From: Guillardia theta CCMP2712
Taxonomy: Eukaryota; Protista; Cryptophyta
Direction: 5' to 3'
Assembly (NCBI RefSeq): GCF_000315625.1
Contig: NW_005434673.1
Coordinates: 872,994-936,993 of the forward strand
DNA length: 64,000 nucleotides
A program made the position numbers and the translations under genes. The notes below the pieces were generated by a model. That model searched no databases. It was not told where the DNA came from and saw only the letters and a program-made list of their open reading frames with translations. Below, in pieces: positions 48,044 through 61,784 of this stretch (positions are counted from its first letter, which is position 1; every line of letters begins with the position of its first letter).

Positions 48044-51000
48044 GAGAAGAGGAACTAAGGAGTTCGGAGACAAACTTCCATTCAAACATGTCAGGATCTC
48101 CTTTGGTCGAACCTCAAAGATCTGCAACAGTCGATCTCAAAACACGGTTGTCCTCCTCCCCCTCCCCCTCCCCCTCCCCCTCCACCACCACCACCACCTC
48201 CTCCTCCTCCCCCTCTCCTCCTTCTCCTGCTCCTCGCTCTCTTCACCTTCTTGCATTTAACTCCCTGGCGGAAAGCCGCAGCGGAAGGTTGACCAAGGCG
48301 TCTTGGGATTGGAGCCTTGTGGGAACGTTGGCGCTCTCTCGAAAGATTGTGCTCAATGACGGAGAGTCATTGGCGAGAGATGTTATAGTTGACATGTCCG
48401 CTCTGTCGCTCTTGTACGTTTGTACATCTGCTCCTGAAGTTCTCTTCGTCTGTGTGAGTTTTGTTGTCCTGAGGTGATCGGCCGCAGACTGCAGAGCGTC
48501 TTGGCAGGAGAAGCTCATGACATCTTTCTCCTGCACATCAAAATGTTATGGTGATGGGTATCAGGTGCAGCTGCATCGTGATCGACTCTGCTTTCGTTGT
48601 CTTCACATGGTAAACCATATCATCGGGATCATTGTTGTCAACAGCAACAACATCATCATCGAAACCATTCGCTCGCATCTCCGTCATCATTAACATCACC
48701 GCCACCTCACTGGTCGAAAATCATTCATCTTCATCGACATCTCCGAGGGCATCATTATCACAGCGTTCGGATTTCTTTACCTTCTGCAAGACGATGTTTT
48801 GCAACTCCAGTGCGTCTCCTTTCTTCTTCTCCTTCTGAAGCTCAGCGATGGTGCTGTTATGAGCACTGATAGACTGTTACAAAGATCAGAGCGTGAAGGG
48901 GAACGAAGACAGAAGAGAAGATGTAAGAATACACAAATACAGGAAATTTGCCTTTGAGCAAGAGATAGAAAGAAACAAGAGACGGGAATGGAAGAAAAAT
49001 GAGAGTGAAGGAAATATTGTAGCTATTTGCACACCTTGACAAGCTCGGCCTTGCTCTCTTGCAGCTCTCTTACAAGCTTCTGCTCGCGATCGTTGAGATG
49101 CTTCAAGAGAAGTTTCATCTTCTCGTCCAGCCCGTCCGCGTCCGTCTGCAGCACTTACATGGTCAGGAAGACATCTTGTTGCAACAGCAAGACAACGTTG
49201 AAATCTGCAATGACTCTCTTGTAATTGTCAATCTCACGGTCTTTGAGAAGTAATTGCTGCCTGATGGAATCTTGTGAGATTTACAGGAAGAGAGAAAGTT
49301 TGAGCAACATGCAATCTTCTTTCATGCTCTCGATCGCTGCATCTTTCTGTTTGGTGCCGTTAGAATGCAGCAGATAGAAAAGACGACAGAAGCAGCAAAG
49401 GCGAGACATGAGAGATGTGCAAATGACAGAGAGGAGAGGAGAGGAGAGGAGAGGAGAGGAGAGGAGAGGAGAGGAGAGGAGAGGAGAGAAGAGGAGAGGA
49501 GAGGAGAGGAGAGAAGAGGTGCGGAGGGGAGATACAAACACTGACCCTGCTGCAATCTTGCTGAGCATCATGATATTTCTGTTTGACTTCGTTTGCACTG
49601 CTCACAAACTTCATCATCAGCCGCTGGTCGGTGAAATCCTTCCAAAGGCGGAAGGTGCGATGAATCTGGAACATGCAGTGAGCAAGTCGGCGGCTGAACA
49701 TGGAGTGGGCGCAAACTTTTCGATTCGGCTCGATGATGGATAGGTTGTGGATGCTGAATTCGTTTCGTCTTCTCATCATCGTCGCAAAAAGTCTCATGGA
49801 GATGAAGAACAATCTGGTCAGACTTCGCTTTCTGAGCTGGAGGAGAATGGAAGAAAGATGGAGACTCGACCTTGCTGCAGACAAGCTGTCAAGGGAAGAA
49901 GAAGATTGAGATGAAAAAGTATGAAGATGAAGTGACAAGGGAAGACAAGAGCCAGGGAGACATTGACATCATATATGACATCTTAAGTCAACGATCGTCA
50001 GCAACAGTCTTGATCACCTGCCCTGGCATGCGCGGCGAAAATCTTGAAGTGGAAATAAATGAATCTTTTCCGATCATTCTCATGATGAGAGGAGAAGAAA
50101 TGTTTGTTGGAGGATCGAACGAGGCAAAACTGAGTCTCAACTCCCCAGCTTTGAAGATGTGTTTTGAGCATCGACCTCCTGTTGGACCTTGCAACAATCT
50201 TGTCGAGCTTTCTGAATGTCTTGTTTGCAAACAAGGTAAGTTTCCATGTCATGAATACATTGAGTCGTCTTGCAGACAGCGAGTGGTCACATTCCGTCGA
50301 GAGTCTTCTTCTCAACTCAACAAGCGCTAGTGTCCGCCATGCTCTCAGGACACTCTGTCTTGCCCTCAAGCGTCTTCTCGACACGTACCGCAAGCATGCG
50401 ATGATCGTAGTCTGACTTCTGAGCGTGCGGCAGCCCCATGCTCTCATACAAGAGGTCAGACACCGAAGACCAGCCCTCGTCCTCCCCCTCCTCGAGAGCT
50501 TCTTGAATCTCCTCGTCATCATGGCCTCTTCCAACCATCTCATGAAGCTTGCTCGTTTTGCAAGCATGTCTCTTCTCTGCCTCGCCCTCACAGCCCCTCT
50601 CCTCACCCTCCTCGCACGATGGAAAGTTGCCAACCAGCATGCAAAAGCACTCATTCCCAAGTTGACCTTGCTGGATTGTTGGGGATCATTGATTTGCTGA
50701 CAGATGTTTCTCAATCTCGAGCAGTGACGGTACCACCTGACAAGCAGAACAGACAGAAATGCTTGCCTGTCTTTCTCTTTCTTTGACATTAAGACTTCTT
50801 GGCTCTTGTTCTGCTTCTCCACCACCATAACATGATACATCGCCCTGAATGACAACAGCACCTGCCGTGTCTCTCCCAGCCTTCGCATACGGCGAACTGC
50901 TGCATTTACCCCTCTCACTTCCCTCCAACCTGTCAGATGTCGGTACAACAACTTCCTCTTGGCAGACAAAGATGATGTAACGTTGAATTTCACTTCACAG

Positions 51001-53732
51001 CACATCTTGATGAACAAGATAGACTTTCTCCAGCCAGCAAACAATCTCCTCATCTTCATCGCCTGCCCAACAATATCATCTGACCTCCCTTCACAGCTTC
51101 TCCCAGGCTCACCTCAAGTCTGCTGAACATTACCCTTGAGTCTGCGACTTTCTTGCTCAAAGACAACCAGCACAACACTTGGAGTCCCCTTCTTCTCACT
51201 CTTTCAACCTTGTCGCATACATGTCGAGCTTTCACCTTGTCGTCTGCAAACCCGAGAAGAGTGTGGAAAGCAAAATTTTTCATCCTCACGCTCTTTGCAA
51301 CCATCATATCGCTGCTCTTCTTACGGCAAACCTTGGAGCGAGTCATCAGCGTACGCCAAGAGGACGTCAAAGTAGCCAGAAGCCGAAGGAGAATGCGGGA
51401 GAAGAGAGCTTGCACTTTCCTCCGGCGCAGCCCGATGGTTCTGGCGTGTCGAGCAAGGGAGGAGAAGTGAAACTTGAGGCAGGAGCGAGAACTTCGATCG
51501 TTGATCTTCGACTGCGCAACGAGATGCCTCCTGGACATTGAAGTGACAGCAGCCCAGGTCTGAAAGCTCAACTGAAGGTGTTTCTGAAAGACAAGAGACA
51601 AAGTCCTTGCCATGATGTTCAGCCTGTGTTGCATCTCGAACAAGTGATCCTTCCAACCTCCGAACAGCACCTTCAGCTGGTTCTGCCCTTTCCTCATCCT
51701 CAAGTTTTGCAACCTCAACCTTCCCTCCTTCATCTCTTGCGCATTGACGCTCAGCTTCTCAAAGCAAACCCCAACATCTCCTCTCATCCTCTCCTTGAAG
51801 CTCCTCCGGCACTTCACCAAGATCCCCACGTGCCTCCTCCATGCCGCCATCATCGTCCGCACGGTGATCAGGCTGAACTTGGAGCGCATGAAGGCAGCTC
51901 GTTTCAGCCTGTTGGAGAAGGAAATCTGAGAGTAGATCGCATGACTCCACATAGAGAAGTATCTCCTGGAGCATGAAACTCCTTGCCCCATGTTCCACCT
52001 CAGCAGCAGATTCTTCAGCTTCTTCTCCGAGTCCTTCACGTGCAACCAGCTTGCAAACATTTCCACCACCGTCATCCTCATCCTCTTGGATGAAAGCGCC
52101 ATCTCCTTTTTCCTGTTCCTCGCAACAGCTCAGTCAGAAACCTCGTCTTGACTGGTCCCCCCCACACGCAAACGCAAGCAGTACCTCCAGAGGTTCTTCG
52201 TCGACACGATGCTCTTCAACTGGCAGAAGGCAGACTGCAACAGCCCCGCCCTGCTTGCCATCAATGCCGACTGAGACATTTTCCTGGCCTTGCACAGTCT
52301 CTTCCAACCGCGCAAGATCACTTGCAGGTTGTAACTGACGAAGTTAACGCCAATCCGCTTCATCACGTTGAGATTCTTCACCCTCTTCCTCCACTCTGAG
52401 AAACTCGCAGCCATGATCGACTTCTCTTGTCCCTTCACCACAACCTTCATCAGCGACGTCCTGCTCTCCGGCCTCATGGCATTGAACGAAATCTTCATCA
52501 CATCATGCGCGCTGACCTTCCTCTGCAAGCTCTTCAGGAAGTGTCCCATCCGCAGGACCTTGGACTTGGCGCTGAGAGCCCAAGTCAAGAACATGAGATG
52601 AGCTACCCGATGCCTCTGCATCTTCACAACGTGCTGCACCAGGAACGCGTCGAAGTTGGCAAACGCCTTCCTCATTGCAGCTCCGCTCTCCCTCCTGACT
52701 TCTCTCAGCTCCTGCTCTTGAATGCGGAGAGCCTCTTTCAGCTCCTCTATCCTCGCACCCATCGTCGCCTCAATCTCATCATGGTATTGCAACTTCAACG
52801 CCTGCTCATCGCAGCTCGCATGCAGCGTCCTTAACGCTTCCTTGCGTTCAGCCAACTCCTCATCTCTCTCCTCAAGCTTCCTTCTCTCTCCACTGCAAGC
52901 TTGTTCAAGTTTTGACATCTCAACTTTCATCTCCTCAACATCCTTGAGGAGCTCATCTCGCTCCCTTTCCAACATCTCCTCCTTCCTTCTCAGCCCATCC
53001 ACCTCTGTCTGCAGCCTCCCGATGCTATCCGCCAACTCAGAGCCCTTTTTCACCTCGCTCGCAACTTTCGCTTGCAGCTCATGCTGCTTTGCAGTAGCGC
53101 TCTCCATCATCTCATCAAAGCATGCCTTGAGGGTTTGATACTTGGCTTGCAGCTCTGAAAACTGTTCATCCCTGCTGTGTATGTAACCTTCCAGCTGCAG
53201 AATCTTTGAGCCTGACTCTCTGTCTTTTTGCGCCACCTTCTCCAGATTTCGCTGCAGCACATCGAGGTTGGTCTCATTGGCTGCAAGGTGCTCTTGCAAG
53301 GTCTTGTTGAACATCCTGGCATGCAGAATCTCTCCGTCCTTCTTCTTCAGCTCCCTCCGGAGCTCGTACTCCCTGTCGTATGGCAGCCCCCCTCCTGAAA
53401 CCTCTTGTCTATGCTCTTGACATGCGATGCAGTCGAAAACTCGCTGATGGTCGACTCGATCGTTGTGTTGAACATCGTCGACTCTTCGTTGCTCTCAAGG
53501 TGAAGCTTCCGCTGCGCCCTCTTGGTCGGCGGGACCAGAAAGCTGATCGAATTCTCTGCATGATCGCTGAAGAGAGCGCTCTCTGCCTCAGCCAGGGTCT
53601 TGAGAAATGCCTGACCCCCTGCAGACATCGTTCAGTCAAGAGCGAGGGAGGTAGACGCAGAAACTCACGACGGACGCTGGCGGTTGAGGTTTCAATGGAG
53701 GAGTTGAGGTCATAATCGACTCGATTGGTCAT
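47898..53732 (-). CDS. Large coiled-coil protein with SFI1-like (centrin-binding) F/L..W repeats
   Basis: Long heptad coiled coil (ORF 52130-53314) followed by dozens of 'F..W' repeats (SFSEWR, LRGWK, FASWL, FSMWS, FGGWK, FQTWA, FMRWL..). Confidence 0.7.
49428..49513. repeat. (GGAGA)n microsatellite, intronic
   Basis: About 17 pentamers. Confidence 0.9.
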
Positions 53733-54499
53733 TGTAGTCACGATCAACGATCTCAATAGTTAAGATACACAGTACAACATTCTGCCCTTAAGTTGAGTCC
53801 ATGTTCGGTGATATATGACGGTGAACGCTGCACGCCACTCTCTCTCCGCCCCCTTATTTCTTGATCTGATTGCTTCTCAATCCTCTATTTTTTGCCATCC
53901 CCCTCGCATGCATCGGTCCTCTGTTTCCTTTCTTTCCTCCTGCTCACAACCCGCATGCCCTATGATCCTCTTGTCCGCTCTGCTTCTGCTCATCTCTTGT
54001 TTCTCTCTTCCTCTCTTCCCCTCTTCCTCGCTTGCTCTCTCTCCATCTTCCATCTCCCGCCTTCATCTTCTGCTCCCACTAGCAGGCATAACTAAACAGA
54101 CCTTGTTGTGAGTGCACAGCTTATAGCACTAGTTTTAAAGATATTGACTAAATATTTTGGTACAAAGATTGGTACAAGGAACACATTTCAGGACGGTACA
54201 AATCATGATGAGTGTTTTCCAAAACTGGTACAAATCAGTACTGGATTATTCTTTATAATCAAGTTGTATGTGACTTAGCCGAAAAAATGGTGAAAGGCGG
54301 GTGAGACATAATCGTTGTATGCAAACACATCTGCGCAGTTTATACCAATATTACACTGACTTGGTTGTAAGTCATCTTACAGTCCGGTAGGCTATTGCAT
54401 GTCAATCGCTGCTCTCCATGTCAACGTCTGAATGAAGTGGAGAATGAGTCTGTTGGGTCAGGCTTCGAGCAGCGTCAATTCTTCTTACCCTACACAAAG

Positions 54500-56637
54500 T
54501 CAGTCACTGTCCATTGCAATGTAACATGTCCACACGCACCGTCGTACACCTTCGTCACGGTTGGCAACCGCATTCCTCTTCCTCTTGTTCTTTCGGCCTG
54601 TGTTGCTCCGACATAACCTTTTGTACATAGTCGTGTATGAAAGCTCGGTGAATCTTTTTCTCTGTTTTTTCCATGCATTCGGTCCATACTTCTCCTTGAC
54701 AAGTTCAACGTAACCATGATTGAAGCACTCTGAATAGTTCTCATGGTCGATCCCAATATCAGTACTCAAATTTGCAAGTCTTCTGCCCATTACCTCGATG
54801 GCCAACATGACTGCTTTTGCTTTGCAAAGGTTCTTCTTCATGTTGGCACATACTAGATCTGTTCCTTCCAAACGTTTGAGTGGACCAATACGCTTCCATT
54901 CTCCATTAATCTTCTCCTCTTGCCCTAGGTGCCATTTCTGCCACATACTTTTGCACGGCGTCTTCTGAGGGAAAATAAAACCTTGAGGTACAGGATGTTG
55001 CATCCCCCCCCATGTAAACGTTTCGCCTTCAATCAGTATGCCTGTCCTGTCGTCAATAATTGGCAGTTCCCCTCCACCCCCTCTCCCTGTCAGTTCCTCA
55101 GGACCCTGCATCCTGAGTCTCGACGTCAGAAGTCCTTGCATGATTTCACTGAATCCTGTATTCATCATGGATGTCAGATCCTCCCGCAGCTTTTCCAGAT
55201 CTCGTTGAGCTAGTGGAATGGCTCCGTTCACCTCAAAGTTTCTAATGATCAGCTCGTAAATGTCTTGCGGTAGCGAAGTTGAAACATTCAACACTGTATC
55301 GTGCAACAGCTTTGTTCCCTGTTCTTGACTCTCTCGCAGCTTCCTGATTTCAGCCACATTCATCACGTGCATCGGAACTCCACTGCAGGTCATACCGCAT
55401 TCTTCGCATTCCCCGCGACAAACACTGATATGATGCTCTTTCAATTCTTGTAAAAATTGCATTGTTCTTGAGCCTTTCACTGCAAAAACAGGTGACCCCC
55501 ATAGGAAGTGGTGACTTGGAAACATGTCTTTGAGACGGTCCAGATGGTACACTATCTGCGCAAGGAACATTGGTAAACATCTCTTGTAGCTGTCCGGGAA
55601 CGTGTCGTATCCATCAATGAACTTGTGCATACCAATATCGTTGATTCTTGCCAGACCTTCTCTTGTGAAATGAGGAGGTAACACATCGAAATTCTCGCTC
55701 TTGGTGTTGTTCCCTGCTAGAATACGCCCACAGTATTGATCATTGCCTGGTTCCACTGTTCCGATGTACCTGTCCTTGGTGTTGCCTAAGGACCAGCTGG
55801 CTCGTTGAAATATTGATGTACTGACTGGTCCTCCCGGAATGCCTAGTAGATGCGTCACGCTCCCCTTCCTAAAACTGTGCGAACCTGCACATTTCAATCT
55901 CAGTCTCAAGACTTCCTCAGGCTAGCACTTACCAACATCCCTCCATACTTCCTCCTGCATGTCCTCTGTGGACAATACCCTTCTCAAGACTTGGCCAAAC
56001 CTCTGCTTCTGGTCGTTTCCCAGAAAAAATTTGGTGTGACTTATCCTCATTCTGGTTTGGGAAAACGCATACAAAGCAATGGCCAAGATAGGACAAGACA
56101 TAGGTTTGTTGGGTGCTGCAAATATGTGCCTTGTTCTGGGAGAAAAAATGTCGGCGTCAACACCCCCTTGGTCCATCTTGGTCTTCAATATTGTCAGCTT
56201 CAAGCAGTCGTTCTCCCAATCAAAGTGTTCAAGATGTAGAATGTCTAAAGTTTCGCTTCTACAGCAACAGTTCCACATGATCGTGGTACCAGCAAATCCG
56301 AACAAGCCTGTTGATCCTATTTCTCGTGCCATAGTGTCTGAACGTATCTGGGTCATCTTTTCACAAATAATTCCATACTCTCTCACTGCCAAGACACTTT
56401 TGCCTTCTTTCAATTTCATCACTCCCGTGGATTTCTTTTGAGTAACCACCCTTCCATAACCTTTGATGAGTCGACTGAGCCGGTCGTTTAAAGTACTGCC
56501 CGATGGCATTCCAGTCGCGTCAAAAGCTACATTTCTGTCTCTGTAATATGCTTTCAACGCACTCTTGTACACCTGCAGTGCTCCTAACGACAGCGTTCTC
56601 TTGCTTGCCTGGTATCCTGAAATGTCCTCGTTCTCAC
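54500..56637 (-). mobile_element. Crypton-type (CryptonS-like) tyrosine recombinase, 5' end lost in gap
   Basis: YKSALK..GY.R..EGK; WNCCCRSE (R), KTKMDQ (K), CPILA; 48-nt intron 55885-55932 gives DVG|SHSFRKG (HxxR), RASWSLG (W), KDRY (Y), DQYCGRILAG, LPPHF; C-terminal GCR1_C-like (WQKWHLG..IGPLKRL). Confidence 0.88.
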
Positions 56638-56737
56638 NNNNNNNNNNNNNNNNNNNNNNNNNNNNNNNNNNNNNNNNNNNNNNNNNNNNNNNNNNNNNNN
56701 NNNNNNNNNNNNNNNNNNNNNNNNNNNNNNNNNNNNN
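56638..56737. other. Assembly gap (100 N)
   Basis: Run of N. Confidence 1.
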
Positions 56738-59700
56738 TCCCGCTCTCTCCTGCGTTCACTTTCTCCGTGCTCGGCCAGACCTTGAGCTTGTTCTGCTTGA
56801 GCTCCCTCAGCATGTCCTCCACCTTGTCGGCCTCGATGGCAAGAGGCAGTTGTAGCATCGTAGCAGATTGTGACACCCTATCCTTGATAGGCTTCAAGCT
56901 TGGACCCAGCAGGAGGTTTCCGTGCTCTCGCTGACTGCCGTCCAGCTCTCTGTGCATCCTCCTCCTGGCCATGGCCTCTGCGACTTCCCTCCCAACTACC
57001 TCCTCGTACTTGTCAGCTTGCGTGCGCGGGATGCACTCCGTCATCTGCCTGCAGATGGTCGGGAGGTCGATCACGTCCTGGGTCAAGGGCTTGCAGTCTT
57101 CCCCAGAGTTAGTAAGCACGTAGGTGGCGAACTCGTAGCAAGCGATGGGAAAGGAGATCCTGGGCGGTTGGTTTCTCTTGCTCAGAGTAATGAAGCGTGA
57201 CACGAGGAGGGTATACGCGTACTCTGCCTTCTTCATCAGCTGTTCCAAACACAAATCCGAGAAATAAGCTAATAGGCGTTGAGCTCCTGCCTTCAGGTTC
57301 GCCTTGTACTCGACGATAGTCAAGGTTTTCAGATCCTTCTCGAGTTCCTTGAGGTACTTTTTGATTGCTTTCTGCGTCGCTTCGCTGATGATCTTGGTCT
57401 CGAAGTTGCTTTTTGACAGTTTCTGGGTCACGCTGCCGAAATCGAAGAATCTTTCTTTCGCCTTAGCGAGCTGGTCGTCAACCAGCGTTTCTTTGATGTA
57501 TTGCTTCAAGAGCATCGGGAAGTTTGCAGACTTTTTGTACTCCGGGAAGAAATCCCCCGACATGAATTCTTCCATCATTTTGATGCCATCTGCCACCATC
57601 TCAGACAGAAATTGTGTGAGAACTTCTTTGAGGTGTTCATATTGCAATGACTCGTCGAAGAAACCAGAAATCTGAGGGTAGAAGTGACACTCTTCCCCCC
57701 TCCCGGCCCACTTGCTCGACATCCAGACTTTGTTGTTCTCCCTGATGTCAAGTTCGTCGACTAACGCACTGAAGAATTCAACGAAGTTCTTCTCGAAAGC
57801 GCCGTTGCGATCCTTGTTGATGAACGTTCTGATCCTATCTTCTAGTTTTTCTACTTGATGATTTCTTTGTTCAGGGACATGTTCGCTCCCAAGAAAGTGT
57901 TTTCGAAGCCCCTCGACGAGCGGCAGTGTCTTCTGCTTCACTTGCTTGATTGTACGTGAGTGGAACTTGAACAGCTTCTTGAACTCTCGAGCTCCTTCAA
58001 GCAGCGCCGTGTCTGCTTGCACCGGACTGACTGCGCTTGCCTGGCTTTCATTCCTCAGGAGCTCGTCCATGAAAGTTTGAATTCGTTCAAAGAGGTTCGG
58101 CGCAGCTTTCGACAGGTTCCTGGCATGCAATTTCCGGAATACTCCCATCATCGTTTCGCTGTCGATGTAGTTGAAGATGCGCGACAGCTCAGGTGCGTTC
58201 TGATCTCGCCACGTCTTGTCAAACTCGATGGCAGCGTACAGGGAAGGATAGATGTGAGTGTATAAAATCGATTCGCTGATTTCCTTGGCCCTTTCAATCA
58301 CTCTGTCCAACCTTGCTTTCTGACATGCCTGCACCAATATCTGATACATGTAGACCTTGCTCTTTGAAAGCATAACTTCACGATTTGGCTGATCCTTAAC
58401 TGAATCTCCTATGATTTGTTGACTCCACTTGACAAGATTTTTACTGTTCTCATTACAGAAGAAGACCACAATTTTGAACCTTTCTGGATGCCTCACCATG
58501 TTTTTCAAGAACTCACTCTTACAAAGTGGTTTCATGCTGCTTTCTTGCGCTTGAAGTGCCTTGTCTGCAAGGATCACGATCACATCATGATCCTCGATTG
58601 CTGATCTTGTTGCAGCTTTCAAAAAAGTATCCTTCTCGTTCGTACCTGCACATTTTCTCAGCTACGTGCACCTTCCCAATCAAGACAATCATCACCTGGG
58701 CAGTCTGTCAGCTGATCCACCTCCTCAAGAATCGCGCTGGGGACACCAACTATGACGGACTTGACGGCAACTTTGAACTCCTCACTGTTTTGAAGGTTGA
58801 CCAGAAGCTCTCTGATGAAAGCTCTGTCATTGTGCAGATCTCTTCCTTTGCCTACATAAAGGTTCCGACGACCTGCGAGTTTTTCAAGCTCTGGCTTCAT
58901 CTGAACATCATCGATGCTTTTGACATACTCAGGGACAATCCCAAATTCAGAAGCGCTGTACTGATCTGCAACGACAGCGTTGTATCGATCGATCCAGCTT
59001 TGTATCTCTTCCTCCTGCAACGTGTCGTCATAGTCAGGCTCCGACTCCCTACACCTCGGTTGCAGCAGCCACTGGTCCGCGTCTTTCAGTAGCTCCTCTT
59101 TGCTCCTGTACTCCACAAGCATGCAAAAGCACTTGGAGTGAATCAAGGTGATAGCGCAAGTAGTGTTGCTGGTGCCGAGCTCCTGACTGGGCAACAAGTA
59201 AGCCTGGCCATCACCAGAGAGTCCTGTGCGCTCAGGGTGAATGATGTTGGTCAGGCTACCAATCATATCATCAATGTCGTTCGTTCGACTTGATGTCGTG
59301 TCATCAATCCTCTTCACATCATCCTTGGTCAAGCCTGTTTTCTCCAAGAATGATTTAACGTTTTCGTGGATGAGCGAGGATTTCTGGTTCCAATTCCACT
59401 GCTCATACTCGGATGGCAGGCAAGAGGTTATCATGAGCCATACGTTGATCAGATAGCTTTTTCCAACCCCGTTCGTTCCCAGCAAGCAGACTTTCGACTT
59501 CTGGACCATCTGCTGGAGTTGGAAGCACAGCTCTGTCAGCCCACCTAGCTCCTGTCTGCGGCTTTGGGGCACCATCACATCAATATCTTGGAGGAGATTC
59601 CTGAGTTGTACGATCCTAGTGCTGTAGAAGTTCGGGACCTCAGTCTCCTCATGCTCCTCTCCCGCAGATTCGTCAGTTTCGTCATCTGAGCGAGAACCAT

Positions 59701-59863
59701 CGATCCTCCTCCTCTTCAACTCTCGCTCCTGACCCGATGGTTGGCCGTCCTCTGTGTGTTCCGTGGAGCTACCCTCCTGCATCATGACGTCTCTTGCTTC
59801 TTCCTTCGCCTCTTCCTTCACCTCTACCTTCACCATAACTTTCCGGTGCTCCCCTCGCATCAT
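56738..59863 (-). CDS. Dynamin-superfamily GTPase, SLIP-GC/NUGGC-like, 3' end lost in gap
   Basis: CLLGTNGVGKSYLIN (G1), LLPSQ..NTTCAITL (G2), VKSVIVGVPSAIL..LTDCPG (G3); intron ~58646-58695 joins TNEKDTFLKAATRSAIEDHDVIVIL; long helical C-terminus. Confidence 0.75.
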
Positions 59864-60523
59864 CAGCGCTAGGTTTCGCACAAGCTTTAGATTGGGGGTA
59901 ATGCAATCTTTGGGACAATAATTTGTAATGATTGATCCATTTTTGGAAGTTTCAGAACAGATTTGAATTTTTTCCGGCAAAATCTATAATCGTTCGTGGG
60001 CTACAAACCACACCAAGTCCTCCGAGTTTGCCGGAGGAGTACGGGTGCTTTATTCTGATAAATGTGGGAGTGATGAGGGGTAGGGTACCAGCTAGGAAGT
60101 TGGATCTCACTTATGACTAATATTTTTACCCACTTCAACTCTCAATACTCCTGCTCCAGTACCATCGGTGGTGAGTCGTATACTATTTTTCAGTCAATAA
60201 AGGATCATTGTTATTTTTCCACCAGGCGGAAAATAACAGGCGGGCCCCGGGCCCCGGGCCCCGGGCCCCGGTGCCGCGATGCCCCGGGTCGGGCTAACTG
60301 AGAGTCACACTGCGTATCAGATCTGTAATGAAAGTTTAACGGATGCCACCGTGCGGTGGCGGCCTACTGGGTTCGGCAGCATGGCGCCAGGCGCCGACGG
60401 ATTAGGAAAGAGCTGAACTGAGGAGAAGAAGTCACAGTAAACTTCGAGCTTCACTGGGAGGAGGAGAAGGATCTGAGCTGTGTTGGCTGTCGATCCTGCC
60501 CGGTCAACGGTGGGAGTTGGAAG

Positions 60524-61741
60524 ATGACAGGGAGGAAGACGGTAGACGAGGATCAGGAAAGATGGGAGCTGGAACGACGGAGGAAAGAAGCGCAGGAGTA
60601 CAGGCAGAAGATGAACGGCACCATGAGCCACCTGTTCTCCGACTCTAGGTCAGAATCGAGCGAGAAGACAAAGGTTGTGAGGGACTACGAGCTGAAGAAA
60701 TATGGTCTCGTCCCCACGGGAAACCGCAAGGTCGTGCTAGAGAAGCAGAGGACGGAGATCCCGGGGATGGGAAGGGACGCGATCTCTTGGGGTTACGGGC
60801 TAGCATGGAACGTGCTGGTGCAAGACAACATGGACAGCATCATCAGGCACTGCCCGCTGGTGGCATGCCGGCAGATTTTCACCGCAGGGATGCACAAGTT
60901 CGAGATCCTTGTGAGGGAGAAGGAGCACGCGACGTTCCTCCCCCAGACAGGTCAGATCAAGATCGGGTTCTTCCGCTCGGATGTGAGCGAGAAAGACTGC
61001 TGGATGTCGGCGCAGAGAGTGGGGAAGGCGTGGTACTACAGCAGTATGGGAAACGTGTACGACGGCAACAGGAGCGATCGCAGCACCTCCTACCCCTCGT
61101 TCGACCAGGGAGACATCGTCATCGCCATACTCAACGCCAACAGCAACACGGCGACATTCCAGAAGCGGAAGAGACTGAGGAGCACGATGAACTCTGAGGA
61201 GAGAATGATCGACACTCCCCAGATCACCATCAGCAACCTTCAGCCTCCTCCTCTCCCTCAAGGCTTTCGTTTCGGCGTGCAGTTTGAGAAAAAGGACTCC
61301 GGCATTGTGCTGCTGAGCTATGAGGACATATCGGCAGACGACTCGCTGAAGCGAGCGGAGGGTTGGAAGAAGCTGGGGCTCGAGTGCATACAGGATGGTC
61401 GGTGGCAGGACGCGATCTCGTGTTTTCAGAAGGTGAAAGTTGTTGACAACGTTGCGACAACTGTTGTCGTGACATAGTCCCTCCCATGATGCCTTGCACA
61501 GTCTGCCAAGTTCTTCCACGAGATCAACAACAAGGCGCATCGAAGGATGGTGAAGGAATTCCTGGAGGAAGCAAAGGTACCCTCCCGTGTGCCTCCCCCT
61601 TGTAACGCTGAGAGCCACTCAGGTGCTGCTCGAGAGTCATGGGATCGGATCCGCTGGCGAGACGCCGTTCACACGTATCGGGGTCAATCCAGGAGCTGGG
61701 AGGCAGAGATAGTTGGAGAGACATCTTCACAACATAACTAG
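60524..61741 (+). CDS. SPRY/B30.2-domain protein with TPR-like C-terminus
   Basis: GMHKFEI..GQIKIGF..AWYYSSMGNVYDG..SFDQGDIVIAILN..TATFQK; AEGWKKLGLECIQDGRWQDAISCFQK. Confidence 0.75.
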
Positions 61742-61784
61742 CGCAAAGGTCGCATGATTTCTATTTACATGTACTAGACATCGT

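Noticed and set aside
55885-55932. Apparent stop/frameshift making the Crypton a pseudogene
   Set aside because: Explained by a canonical 48-nt GT-AG intron that restores DVGSHSFRKG
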